DNA of 64,000 bases from an uncultured Lactobacillus sp. (GCA_946481335.1 CAMLMR010000001.1:10187-74186); one strand, 5' to 3'; counted from the stretch's first letter, positions 11,092-20,609 are shown. The notes: generated by a model not told the origin, from the letters alone. Translations and numbers: made by a program.

Positions 11092-11973
11092 TTAGTCTAA
11101 ATTAATATCTAAAATTTGCAAAATGCGGTTTAAATCATCATCTGATGCGTAACTGATTTCAATCTTACCAGTTCCCTTCTTAGAACGGTTATTTGAGATT
11201 GAAACGGATGTTTGGAATTTATCTTGTAGTTCATTTTCAGAAGCACGCAAGAATGGTGACTTCTTAGTTGAACGACGTGGCTTCTTTTTCTTCTTAGGTG
11301 ATGAACTTAGGTTTTCAATTTCTTTTTCAAGTTGGCGAACAGTCATTGTTTGTTCATATGCCTTCTTGGCAAGCTTGATTAGTTCATCTTTCTTCTTAAC
11401 TGATAGTAAAGTTCTGGCTTGACCCATTGAAAGTTGATTCTTGGTTAACATGTCCTTTACTTCAGTTGGTAAACCTAATAGACGTAAGTAGTTAGCGATG
11501 TATGGACGTGATTTACCTAAACGTTTTGAAACTTCAGCTTGAGTAATATCTAGCTTAGTCATCAAAGTGTTGTAAGCTTCTGCTTCTTCGATTGGGTTTA
11601 AATCCTCTCTTTGAAGGTTTTCCATCACGGCAATTTCCATCATTTGTTCATCAGAAGCATCACGAACAATTGCTGGAATCTTTTCCTTACCTGCCATGCG
11701 TGAAGCACGATAACGTCTTTCACCAGCAAGAATTTCGTATGCGTCCTTGCTGCCGCTGGTCTTTCTTACAATGATTGGTTGGAATACCCCAGATTTTTCA
11801 ATCGAACGGGTCAAATCTTTAAGTGCATTTGTATCGAAATGCGTTCTTGGTTGGAAAGGATTTGGAGATAACTTGGTTAGCTCTAATTCCAATACGTCTT
11901 CTGAGTTGGCGTCGATGTCATTATCAGCAAACAATGCTTGAATGCCTCGACCTAGTCCTTTGTTATTCACCAT
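11092..11973 (-). CDS. parB: Chromosome partitioning protein ParB/Spo0J
   Basis: GLGRG N-terminus, NPFQPR, ILAGERRYRA, ENLQREDLNPIEEA and SRPYIANYLRLL motifs. Confidence 0.96.
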   Translation of the reverse strand: MVNNKGLGRGIQALFADNDIDANSEDVLELELTKLSPNPFQPRTHFDTNALKDLTRSIEKSGVFQPIIVRKTSGSKDAYEILAGERRYRASRMAGKEKIPAIVRDASDEQMMEIAVMENLQREDLNPIEEAEAYNTLMTKLDITQAEVSKRLGKSRPYIANYLRLLGLPTEVKDMLTKNQLSMGQARTLLSVKKKDELIKLAKKAYEQTMTVRQLEKEIENLSSSPKKKKKPRRSTKKSPFLRASENELQDKFQTSVSISNNRSKKGTGKIEISYASDDDLNRILQILDINLD

Positions 11974-12730
11974 GAGCAGCTAACACTTCCTTTGCAAATT
12001 GCATGTATAATTCTGAACCCTTTGAATTTGGATCGTAATCAATAATTGGTAATCCGTAACTTGGGGCTTCTGATAAACGAACATTTCTGGTGATAATAGT
12101 GTCGTAAACTTTGTCACCAAAGTACTTACGAACTTCATCATTAACTTGTTGACCTAGCTTAGTACGTGAGTCATACATGGTTAGAAGTACTCCTTCAACG
12201 TCTAAGTCTGGGTTAAAGTGTTTTTTCACTAATTGAACAGTGTTTAATAATTGACTTAAACCTTCTAGTGCATAATATTCAGTTTGCACTGGAATTAAGA
12301 TTGAATCACTGGCTGTAAATGCGTTCACAGTGATTAGTCCTAATGAAGGTGGGCAGTCAACTAGCACGTAATCGTATTGATCTGAGACTGATTTTAGGGC
12401 ATTTAATAAACGTGTTTCTCTCGCCATTTGAGGAGTCAATTCAATGTCCGCCCCTGATAGTTGAATTGTTGCTGGTACAATATCTAATCCTTCGTGCTTT
12501 GAAGGAATAATGGCTTCTGAGATTGGTTCTTCATTAACCAAGATATCGTAAATATCTTTTTGGATGTCGGATTTTTGAATCCCCACTCCTGAAGTTGCAT
12601 TTCCTTGGGCATCAGCATCAATTAATAGAACTTTTTTACCCATTGTTGCAAGATCTGCACCTAGGTTAACGGATGTGGTAGTCTTACCGACTCCACCCTT
12701 TTGATTAGCTAATGATATAACGTGTCCCAT
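11963..12730 (-). CDS. parA: Chromosome partitioning ATPase ParA/Soj
   Basis: Deviant Walker A NQKGGVGKTT, plus DCPPSLG and RNVRLSEAPSYG. Confidence 0.97.
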   Translation of the reverse strand: MGHVISLANQKGGVGKTTTSVNLGADLATMGKKVLLIDADAQGNATSGVGIQKSDIQKDIYDILVNEEPISEAIIPSKHEGLDIVPATIQLSGADIELTPQMARETRLLNALKSVSDQYDYVLVDCPPSLGLITVNAFTASDSILIPVQTEYYALEGLSQLLNTVQLVKKHFNPDLDVEGVLLTMYDSRTKLGQQVNDEVRKYFGDKVYDTIITRNVRLSEAPSYGLPIIDYDPNSKGSELYMQFAKEVLAAHGE

Positions 12731-12748
12731 TAAAACCCCTCCTCTAGT

Positions 12749-13486
12749 CTACTTATTACTTGAACCGATTGGTTTCTTGTTTGGTGTACCCGCTTTTCGT
12801 GGGTATTGTTTTGGTGTGTTCTTTACTTTTTCCAACACGACCATGTTACGTGGATCATTTGAGACTGGAAGATTGAACTCATCATCTGAAATCATCTTAC
12901 CACCTAAAGTAGTAATCGCGCTTTTTCCATCAGATAGTTCATCTTTCGCCTTAGATGCTTTTAGTGCAATCATTTTTCCGCCTACCTTAACTAGTGGCAA
13001 ACAGAATTCTGCAAGTACACTCATACGCGCAACTGCACGGGCGGTTGCCACATCGAATGATTCACGGTATTTAGATTTTTTACCACCAAATTCTTCTGCT
13101 CTGGCATGGTGTAATTCAACATTAGTTAGTCCTAACTTGTTAACTAGTTCGTCCAAGAAGTTGATTCGTTTGTTCAATGAATCAATAATTGTGACCTTTA
13201 AATTAGGAAAAACAATTTTTAACGGAATGGATGGGAAACCAGCTCCAGCTCCAACATCACATAAGGTTAATTCTTCTGTTCTCAAGTCTTCCGCAAAGAA
13301 CGCTGGAGTAATTGAGTCAAAGAAATGCTTTAAATATACCTCATCCCTATCAACAATTGTTGTCAGGTTAACATGTTCGTTAGTAGCAACTAACAATTCA
13401 TAGTAATCGGCAAATTGTTGCATTTGATGGTCAGTCAATTCTATATTGTGTTTTGCTAATTGACTCTTAAATTCTTCTGGATTCAT
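12749..13486 (-). CDS. rsmG: 16S rRNA m7G527 methyltransferase RsmG (GidB)
   Basis: [24 protein letters not shown] and YPRKAGTP motifs; start moved to the ATG at 13486, downstream of aggagg. Confidence 0.96.
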   Translation of the reverse strand: MNPEEFKSQLAKHNIELTDHQMQQFADYYELLVATNEHVNLTTIVDRDEVYLKHFFDSITPAFFAEDLRTEELTLCDVGAGAGFPSIPLKIVFPNLKVTIIDSLNKRINFLDELVNKLGLTNVELHHARAEEFGGKKSKYRESFDVATARAVARMSVLAEFCLPLVKVGGKMIALKASKAKDELSDGKSAITTLGGKMISDDEFNLPVSNDPRNMVVLEKVKNTPKQYPRKAGTPNKKPIGSSNK

Positions 13487-13661
13487 GCAAATCCTCCTAT
13501 TGTGAAACATGATTGTTTCACATCTATCTATACTTTAACTGATATTAATCTTTTTTACAATCATGAAACATATACTTCTCCATTATAACCAAAATTAGGC
13601 TAATTCGTCACTAGATTATCAAAAAAATACATATAAAAAGACGATCGTTTGATCGCCTCTT

Positions 13662-14981
13662 TTATAGCATTGCTGTCATTATCAAGTTGATTAAAAACAA
13701 TGCGCTTAAAATATAGTTAATGGTACTAATTGATTTGATTTGGCCATTGAAGATTTTAACGATTGGGTAAGCAACGAAACCGAATGCCAATCCAATTGAA
13801 ATACTCCCGGTCAATGGTATCAATACCACGATTAGAAATGCCGGGAACCATTCAGCAAAGTCGTCCATGTTAATTGTCTTTAAATTGGATAACATCAACG
13901 CACCCGTAATAATGATGACCGGTGCAATCGCTGCTTGTGGTACTAAGTCCAAGAAGCTAATGAAAAATGTGGAAAGTAAAAACATAACTCCAGCAGTAAT
14001 CGACATAATTCCAGTTCTAGCCCCTAATTGAAAACCTGCCACACTTTCGGCAGCAGATACGGTCGGACTAGTGCCCAAGATACTAGAAATAATTCCAGTA
14101 ATCGATACACTTCTAAACGTCTTCTTGAATTTCTTCATATCAGGCAAGATGCCGGCGTTTAATCCCATCGATTCAAACACTAGAATCATCGTCATTGAAA
14201 ATGATGCCATGATAAATGGTGTCGTCCAGACGTTTGCAAAACTAAAATCAAATAGTGACTTGTGGTATTGCAAGATATCAATTAAGTGCGTGGTCTTTAC
14301 GCCACTATCATGAATATGAAAGATAATTCCAACGATTGTGGTAATCACAATTCCAATGAAGAAGTTTCCCTTCACATTCTTAATGTATAGAACAATCGTT
14401 AGGATTAGGCCAAAGATTGCTAATAACAAGGATGGATTCTTAAATGATCCAATGGTTAACAAAGAGTTTTTCCCTTGTTGGATTAATCCAGCCTTTTGAA
14501 GACCAATTTCAACTAAAAATAAGCCAATGCCGGCGGTAATCGCCGACTTCAATGAATCAGGTATTCCACCCTGTAAAATGTCGGTAAACCGACTAAATGC
14601 GATTAATGCAAACGCGATTGTCGATACCAGAGAAACAGTCAACGCTTCCTTGTATGACAATCCCATATTCAACACCATCGTGTAGGTGAAAAAAGCATTC
14701 ACACCCATCCCCGGGGTAATCACTACCGGAGAATTAGCATAAAATCCCATGATGAAACAACCAATTACTGAACTAATAATTGTCGCAAAGACGGTCTGGT
14801 GAACATCCATTCCTGCATCAGCCAATATCATTGGATTAACCACCAAGATATAGGAGATGGCAAAGAATCCGGTGATGCCTCCTAAGACCTCTGTCTTAAA
14901 AATTTCTTTATCCCTTAAAACGTCTAAAAGAGACAGCGAGGCTGTCTCTTTTTTTGACGTTTTGTTCAACTTATTACTCAT
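13662..14981 (-). CDS. NCS2/AzgA-family nucleobase (purine) permease
   Basis: SYILVVNPMIL, PGMGVNAFF, IGLFLVEIGL and GARTG motifs; about 12 TM helices. Confidence 0.88.
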   Translation of the reverse strand: MSNKLNKTSKKETASLSLLDVLRDKEIFKTEVLGGITGFFAISYILVVNPMILADAGMDVHQTVFATIISSVIGCFIMGFYANSPVVITPGMGVNAFFTYTMVLNMGLSYKEALTVSLVSTIAFALIAFSRFTDILQGGIPDSLKSAITAGIGLFLVEIGLQKAGLIQQGKNSLLTIGSFKNPSLLLAIFGLILTIVLYIKNVKGNFFIGIVITTIVGIIFHIHDSGVKTTHLIDILQYHKSLFDFSFANVWTTPFIMASFSMTMILVFESMGLNAGILPDMKKFKKTFRSVSITGIISSILGTSPTVSAAESVAGFQLGARTGIMSITAGVMFLLSTFFISFLDLVPQAAIAPVIIITGALMLSNLKTINMDDFAEWFPAFLIVVLIPLTGSISIGLAFGFVAYPIVKIFNGQIKSISTINYILSALFLINLIMTAML

Positions 14982-15020
14982 TAAACAAAATCCTTAATCT
15001 ATATATATTATGATTCTATT

Positions 15021-16268
15021 TTACCATACAAATAGACCAACGATTCCTGCAGATAGTAGAGAAACTAAAATTCCTGATAGAATCATGTAACCTACACTCT
15101 TTGAAATAGCGTTGTTTACTTCACGGTTAACGATACCCTTGAATGCACCGATGATCATTCCTACTGTAGAAAGGTTAGCAAATGAAGTTAGGAAGACGGT
15201 TAATTGTGCACGGTAGTGAGGAGCGTATGAAGCAATATGTGGTGATACTTTACCCATAACAACGAATTCGTTAGTTACCAGCTTAGTACCCATGTTTTGT
15301 GCAAAGTCAAATGCAGTATGCACGTTTGAACCCATTAACCAAGCGAATGGGAACATGATGATTCCTAAGATGTGTTCTAGGGATAAACTAGGGTTGATTG
15401 CACCCAAGATCTTATCAATCAATGCGGCTAAAGCAACGAATGCAATAACGTTAGCAGTAATGATTAAGATTAATTTACCGGCACCTAGGATTGAGTCCCC
15501 CAAGAATGAGAAGAATGGTTCTTTCTTAGCTTCTTCTGCGTTTTCAGGATGTTCACCAACGGCAACTTCAGCAGTTTGTGAAGAACTACCTAACTTAGCG
15601 ATAGTGTCTTCTTCTGGGGTAACTGAAGTTGGCATTAAAATACTAGTTACAATAACAGCATTTAAGATGTTCAATGGAACGGCAGTCAATACGTATTGAC
15701 CTGGAACCATTTGAGTGTATGCGCCAAGAATTGAGGCAGTCACACATGACATTGACATCATGGCAATGACAACATTTCTCACGGCTGAAATTTGTTTTAA
15801 TTGTAGAGTTGAAACAGCTAGTGCTTCAGTGTTACCTAAAAACATCATTTCAACAGCGAAGAATGATTCAAACTTAGGTTGGCCAGTTATGTATGCCAAA
15901 CCTTTACCTACCCACTTGATAATCCAAGGTAGGATTCCAATGTAAGTTAAGATATCAAACACTGGAACGATTAATAAAATTGGTAGAAGTGCTGAAGTTA
16001 CGAAGTCCATTGACTTAACGTGAACCCAACTTGGTAATGCAAAAGCAATTCCTTGGTAGGCTACTTCAACTAATGCTGAGAAACCATTGGCAGCAGCTTC
16101 AACAGCAGCACGACCCCATGAAAATTGTGTTAAACAGTAAGCGATTACTAGGTTTAACACTAAAACAGTAATTACTGAACGCCATTTAATTTCTTTCTTG
16201 TTCTTTGAAAAAATAAATGCAATCCCTAAGAATACAATAATTCCTAAAATATTAACTAACAAATACAT
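15021..16268 (-). CDS. nupC: Concentrative nucleoside transporter (CNT/NupC family)
   Basis: FLGNTEA, GTKLVTNEFV and SFANLSTVG motifs. Confidence 0.92.
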   Translation of the reverse strand: MYLLVNILGIIVFLGIAFIFSKNKKEIKWRSVITVLVLNLVIAYCLTQFSWGRAAVEAAANGFSALVEVAYQGIAFALPSWVHVKSMDFVTSALLPILLIVPVFDILTYIGILPWIIKWVGKGLAYITGQPKFESFFAVEMMFLGNTEALAVSTLQLKQISAVRNVVIAMMSMSCVTASILGAYTQMVPGQYVLTAVPLNILNAVIVTSILMPTSVTPEEDTIAKLGSSSQTAEVAVGEHPENAEEAKKEPFFSFLGDSILGAGKLILIITANVIAFVALAALIDKILGAINPSLSLEHILGIIMFPFAWLMGSNVHTAFDFAQNMGTKLVTNEFVVMGKVSPHIASYAPHYRAQLTVFLTSFANLSTVGMIIGAFKGIVNREVNNAISKSVGYMILSGILVSLLSAGIVGLFVW

Positions 16269-16356
16269 AAAATTTCTAATCCTTTCTCTGCGACAAAAAA
16301 ATATAGTGACAAATAGCTTATTTTAGTTGCGCAACACCCCTTTCAATATAATTTAA

Positions 16357-17172
16357 CTACTTAACTTCGTTGATAAAGTTTGGTTTAGTAATTTCCCCAT
16401 CATCTAAATCGAAGAACGCAACGATTGCATTTGCAACCGCGCCTAGTGAACGTTTAATGCCTAATGATTTTCCTTCATCCTTATTTGGATTGAAAACAAT
16501 TAGTGGCAGATATTCACGCGTAATTCGATTATCCCTTGTTGGATCAATTGCATATGAAGATGTGATGATTAGTAGATCGTTATCCCTTAGTCGCTCTAAG
16601 ACTTTCCCAATCGTTTCATCTAACACATTTAATTGCTTAGCATAACCTACACCATCGTTCATTCTAGCGAAGTGTCTTAGTTCTGGTAACTGACAGTAAA
16701 TTAACCCGCTTTTTTGGGTTCTCATTTTAGCTGACAATTCAATAAAAGCCTTGCTATCATCGGGAACTTGGACCATTGAAATATCGTCCTGCTTTTCCCA
16801 ATAATAAGCAAAGCTTGAAATAATTGAAACGCTATGTTGTTTTTCTGACAATAAGTCCATAACAGAAGCGGTACGGACACCGGCAGTGTAGTCAAACATC
16901 TCACGAAATGAGGCACTACCCCTGTTGCTGTCAACAGTGGTAACCATTTTTCCAAAGAAGCCACGAGGAGCATCAACCTGTGGAATTGATTCGATCTCGT
17001 TGTCCCAGCGAACATTGCCAAGACCTAGGTTAATTAAATTAGAAACACTTAGCCCGTTATCAGCGATGTGGCCTAATGTGTCGGCACCAACAGAATCAAA
17101 GCGATTGGCATCGGGAGCTTCGCCTAAACCAAGTGAAGCAATATCCAAAACAATCATTCTTTTGTGTGTCAT
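16357..17172 (-). CDS. Truncated, catalytically degenerate phosphopentomutase (DeoB)-like protein
   Basis: N-terminus LGEAPDA...GADTLGHI and C-terminus TREYLP match DeoB, but the protein is only 271 aa and lacks the metal-ligand and nucleophile motifs. Confidence 0.75.
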   Translation of the reverse strand: MTHKRMIVLDIASLGLGEAPDANRFDSVGADTLGHIADNGLSVSNLINLGLGNVRWDNEIESIPQVDAPRGFFGKMVTTVDSNRGSASFREMFDYTAGVRTASVMDLLSEKQHSVSIISSFAYYWEKQDDISMVQVPDDSKAFIELSAKMRTQKSGLIYCQLPELRHFARMNDGVGYAKQLNVLDETIGKVLERLRDNDLLIITSSYAIDPTRDNRITREYLPLIVFNPNKDEGKSLGIKRSLGAVANAIVAFFDLDDGEITKPNFINEVK

Positions 17173-17206
17173 TGTGTGCCCTCCTAATTTTATTTATTAA
17201 CAAATG

Positions 17207-17234
17207 AGTATATCATAAATGGCATTCGTGTCAA
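17207..17234 (-). promoter_or_regulatory. Sigma-A promoter of the deoB-like gene
   Basis: Minus strand TTGACA (17234-17229), 16 nt spacer, TG-a-TATACT (17212-17207). Confidence 0.75.
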
Positions 17235-17235
17235 T

Positions 17236-17290
17236 AAAAAAAGGCGCAAATCAATGCGTCTTTTTCGGCTAATTCGCCCCTGCCAAGGAC
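17236..17290 (-). ncRNA. Candidate ~55-nt small RNA
   Basis: Extended -10 TGtTATAAT (17303-17295, minus strand), a GC-rich segment and a terminator hairpin (17236-17265), all upstream of the separate deoB-like promoter. Confidence 0.35.
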
Positions 17291-17392
17291 CCTCATTATA
17301 ACAAATATTTTTACAATTATATAAATTTAATTGTTTCATATTTTTTTGATACAATAGTGGGTGTTATATACATACCAATCGGAGTTGATGAA

Positions 17393-17992
17393 ATGGATTT
17401 AAAAGATAAAACAATCGCGGTTTTAGGTGATTCTGTTACCAAAGGTTTTGACGGCACCGCTAATCTACGATACAACTACCCACGATACTTAGCCAAATAC
17501 TACAATTGCCATGTTTTCAATAAGGGCATTAACGGCGCAACTATATATGAAACACTAGAAAAAGAAATCGAAAAAATCAAAGACAAACAATACGACGTTA
17601 TCATCCTAATGATTGGTACTAACGATTACGGTCATCTAGACGTTCCTTTAGTAAGAATATTGTCGAAACTAACCACCCTGGTTCGTAAGCTAATAAGTCA
17701 ACATAGTAAAGCTAAGATTTACACCGTCTTACCACTAACTCGTTATGATAACGATCAAAATGCAGCTAATGTTGTTCGTTACGCGGACTATACCTTTAAC
17801 GACTTATTAAATGGTATCGCAGACGTTTACTCTGCCTTCCAGTTGCCATTCATCGACTGGCGCGAATATAATCCAGAGTTCATTACCGACTTTAACTATA
17901 AGGAAATGTATCAGGATCAACACGTCCACCCAAACGCCTATACCTATCGTAAACTCGCCTTTTACATCGGTGACTTCATCAAAAATAATTAA
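17393..17992 (+). CDS. SGNH/GDSL hydrolase family esterase
   Basis: Block I LGDSVT, block II GING, block III GTND, block V DQHVHP; ATG 17393 follows RBS ggag. Confidence 0.9.
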   Translation: MDLKDKTIAVLGDSVTKGFDGTANLRYNYPRYLAKYYNCHVFNKGINGATIYETLEKEIEKIKDKQYDVIILMIGTNDYGHLDVPLVRILSKLTTLVRKLISQHSKAKIYTVLPLTRYDNDQNAANVVRYADYTFNDLLNGIADVYSAFQLPFIDWREYNPEFITDFNYKEMYQDQHVHPNAYTYRKLAFYIGDFIKNN

Positions 17993-18080
17993 GATTTTGT
18001 TAAATTGGCCAAAATAATTCGCCTAAAAAATCCTCCCGTGCTAGCTTAAAAAAGCAAAACATACGAGAGGACTTTTTTTT

Positions 18081-18803
18081 ATGAATGAAACAAATTTGAA
18101 AAACGAAGCGATTAGCAACAAGGATGGTACCACCTTCGTCGACATCGATGCGCTCCCAATCAGTATGGTTAACCATCGTTTTAACTTCAAACCAGTCAAC
18201 TGGCATAACCTATTGATGTTAGTCGACGTCGCCGATCGCAGTAAACGTTATTCCACCATGGTGATTGAAAATGGCTTCAATTTTTACTTACTAAAATCGT
18301 CTACAACCGCTTTAATTAACCGTAAATTAAGTATGGAATGTGTGCTGCATAAGCATTTTAATCGCAGCGTTTGTGAAGAATTAAATATCAAAAATAAGTT
18401 TCCCATCTTAACTACGGAAGCATCCCTCATTCCACTCCCCACTGGTCATCGCAGCCGCTCATATTCATGGTTCAATGCGAATCTATTAAGTTATTGTATT
18501 CCCTATTCAAATGATAAGTTCGCCTATTTGTATTTGCACGGTAAAGAAACGCACCTAAAGGTGAACGCCAGTGGCTATTATCTCCAAAACAAGTTCAAGG
18601 ACTTAATGATGATTCATAACTTCATCCTCTATTACACGCAAAGAAGCCTTAGTTGTATCAACTTCGTCAAACAAAGTCGATTTAATAATCCCAATTTGCC
18701 AAATACGAACTCTATTTTGTTTGATGACCAAATATATCACGACATCTATTTAAAGACAGCTAAGTACATGTATGAGGATTATTTAGCAAATAAAAAAGGG
18801 TAA
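18081..18803 (+). CDS. ComK-family transcription-factor-like protein
   Basis: Segments TMVIENGFNFY, LNIKNKFPI, SLIP...SYSWF and VNASGYYLQNKF align by eye with B. subtilis ComK (SKIIEKDCVFY, TKISHKPPI, LFP...CGWI, LPISYNSFENQV). Confidence 0.6.
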   Translation: MNETNLKNEAISNKDGTTFVDIDALPISMVNHRFNFKPVNWHNLLMLVDVADRSKRYSTMVIENGFNFYLLKSSTTALINRKLSMECVLHKHFNRSVCEELNIKNKFPILTTEASLIPLPTGHRSRSYSWFNANLLSYCIPYSNDKFAYLYLHGKETHLKVNASGYYLQNKFKDLMMIHNFILYYTQRSLSCINFVKQSRFNNPNLPNTNSILFDDQIYHDIYLKTAKYMYEDYLANKKG

Positions 18804-18824
18804 CCACTATTGGTTATCCTTTTT
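18792..18824. terminator. Bidirectional terminator overlapping both stop codons
   Basis: aaaaaagggtaacca-ctat-tggttatccttttt. Confidence 0.75.
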
Positions 18825-20609
18825 GTTTTTAAATTTTCTCACGATAACGTATCCGAAGACACCCACCCAACTAAGTGTGGTAACCAAGAAGATAATATCC
18901 ATCCCAATCCCAGTACGGTAAGAAATCGTCAAAATGTTCTTACCTGGTTTAGCCTTCACGGTAACAGCACCAACTTGACTTAAGCGGGCTGGTTTAATTC
19001 TTTTACCATTTAAGACTAACTTAGTAGCTGAGTACTTCACCACTGTGACGCGATAACGAGTGGTCTTAGCATGATGGTTATGCCATGTGACTGTCAATGA
19101 ACCATCCTTGTTAACCTTCTTGGTATAACCACCCTTGATCTTAAAGTTGTGTTTAATCAATTGACGGTGATTATTTAGATAAGGATGAAGATCAGCGTAA
19201 TTATCCTCGTTAACCGCCTGAGTGGTTGGTAAGTAATCAGGCGTCGTCTTTAGAATATCGTTAACTAAATATGATTTATTATGACTTTCAAAATCTTGAA
19301 TGAAAGTACGATTATATTTTTGGTTGTAGCTAAATGCATGTGTTATTGGAATTTGTGCGTTATTGTTTTCTTTCATTGCAATCGTTTGGGAGATTCCAAT
19401 ATTCATTGCTTGGAAGTTGGCTTCCATATTCAACGCAAAAACAAAGAACAACATTGCATAGGTAAATAAACGACTTGGGTATTGCAATGGCTTTAATGTT
19501 AAAGCATGCTTGTCATTTGTCAAAATCATTCCTAGTAACAAGAAGAATAAGATAAATGGAACAACCGCAAAACGTTTAGGGAATTGAACTAGAGTTGTTA
19601 GTTTTGGAAATTCAACTTGCAAACGGGTCCATGGCACGATGTTAGTCGATAGTACCAAGAAACCAAAAGCCACACATCCTAATGTTTTAACAACATAGTT
19701 TAGCTTCTTCCATCTAGTGATGATGTAGTAAATCACATACAAGAATATTAATAATTCCATTGGTTTCACAACACTTTGGATTGATTCGCCATGAAGTGAA
19801 ACCGTAAATAGTTGCATGCTAGTTTCAGGGAATGTTGGTATCAAGAAGTTATGCTTAAAGATTGAAATCATAACTCCCCAGACGTTGAAGGTCAACGCAA
19901 GCGTTAATGCAATTGCAATCAAACCGTCCTTAATCATCTTCCATTTTTCTTTAGTAAGCACTAAAGAAACGATGATGATTGGAAGTGCCGCACCAAAGGC
20001 AATCAAACTTGAAACCACATGGGTTTGAATCAATACTGCCATTCCAACTGAAACGCCTAATACCGGAATCCTTAATTTTTGTAGCATCAAAGTAATCCCG
20101 ATAAAAAAGATTGGCATTACTGCCGCACCCACTCCGGTAAATTGTTGGTTAATCACCCATACGAATACGGATGAACCAATCATGTAAAGACACCCGATTA
20201 AAATCGAGTAGTCACGACTAACGCCGTTAACTTTACATAGCCAATACATTGAAAATGCGGATATCAACATGATGATCAATGAAATAGTTATTTCAAAAAC
20301 AATCCAGTTGTAGCAAAGTAACAATATAAAACCAGCCAAATAAGCAAATATTGGTCCGTATAATGCATTAACAATTCTACCTGTTTGCAAGAAACCATAG
20401 TTCATTTGGAAGTAGTTAAAACTTCCATTTCTGATTTGCTCAGCAGTGTCATAGAAACGATTAAAGTGAAAGAGCGTATCATAGCTTAAAATTAACGTAT
20501 TGTTTAAAATCAAACCGCTAAGCGCAATCAGCCCCAATAATCCAAATACGAGCAGCGGGAAAAAACGACTTTCATGTATTTTCTTAGCCGCATTCCTCAG
20601 TTGTTCCAA
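18807..20609 (-). CDS. Polytopic membrane protein, YfhO/PTPS-related (putative GT-C glycosyltransferase), paralog 1
   Basis: N-terminal TM then DTLFHFNRF loop motif, LYGP, QTH and LVQFPKRF; many TM helices, a large basic extracellular domain and a C-terminal TM; TTG start with RBS ggagg. Confidence 0.65.
   Translation of the reverse strand: MEQLRNAAKKIHESRFFPLLVFGLLGLIALSGLILNNTLILSYDTLFHFNRFYDTAEQIRNGSFNYFQMNYGFLQTGRIVNALYGPIFAYLAGFILLLCYNWIVFEITISLIIMLISAFSMYWLCKVNGVSRDYSILIGCLYMIGSSVFVWVINQQFTGVGAAVMPIFFIGITLMLQKLRIPVLGVSVGMAVLIQTHVVSSLIAFGAALPIIIVSLVLTKEKWKMIKDGLIAIALTLALTFNVWGVMISIFKHNFLIPTFPETSMQLFTVSLHGESIQSVVKPMELLIFLYVIYYIITRWKKLNYVVKTLGCVAFGFLVLSTNIVPWTRLQVEFPKLTTLVQFPKRFAVVPFILFFLLLGMILTNDKHALTLKPLQYPSRLFTYAMLFFVFALNMEANFQAMNIGISQTIAMKENNNAQIPITHAFSYNQKYNRTFIQDFESHNKSYLVNDILKTTPDYLPTTQAVNEDNYADLHPYLNNHRQLIKHNFKIKGGYTKKVNKDGSLTVTWHNHHAKTTRYRVTVVKYSATKLVLNGKRIKPARLSQVGAVTVKAKPGKNILTISYRTGIGMDIIFLVTTLSWVGVFGYVIVRKFKNKKDNQ

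Noticed and set aside
10889-13600. Canonical 16-bp parS palindrome near parAB
   Set aside because: No TGTTTCACGTGAAACA-like full site was found by eye. Only reversed half-sites occur, and these are reported separately.
16326-16335. GTTGCGCAAC palindrome upstream of nupC as a LacI-family operator
   Set aside because: It is only 10 bp, does not extend and does not match the cre consensus; it could easily arise by chance.
14982-16356. Purine riboswitch upstream of the NCS2 permease or nupC
   Set aside because: The intergenic gaps are only 39 and 88 nt and lack the conserved TATAA..GATATGG..GTTTCTACC core.
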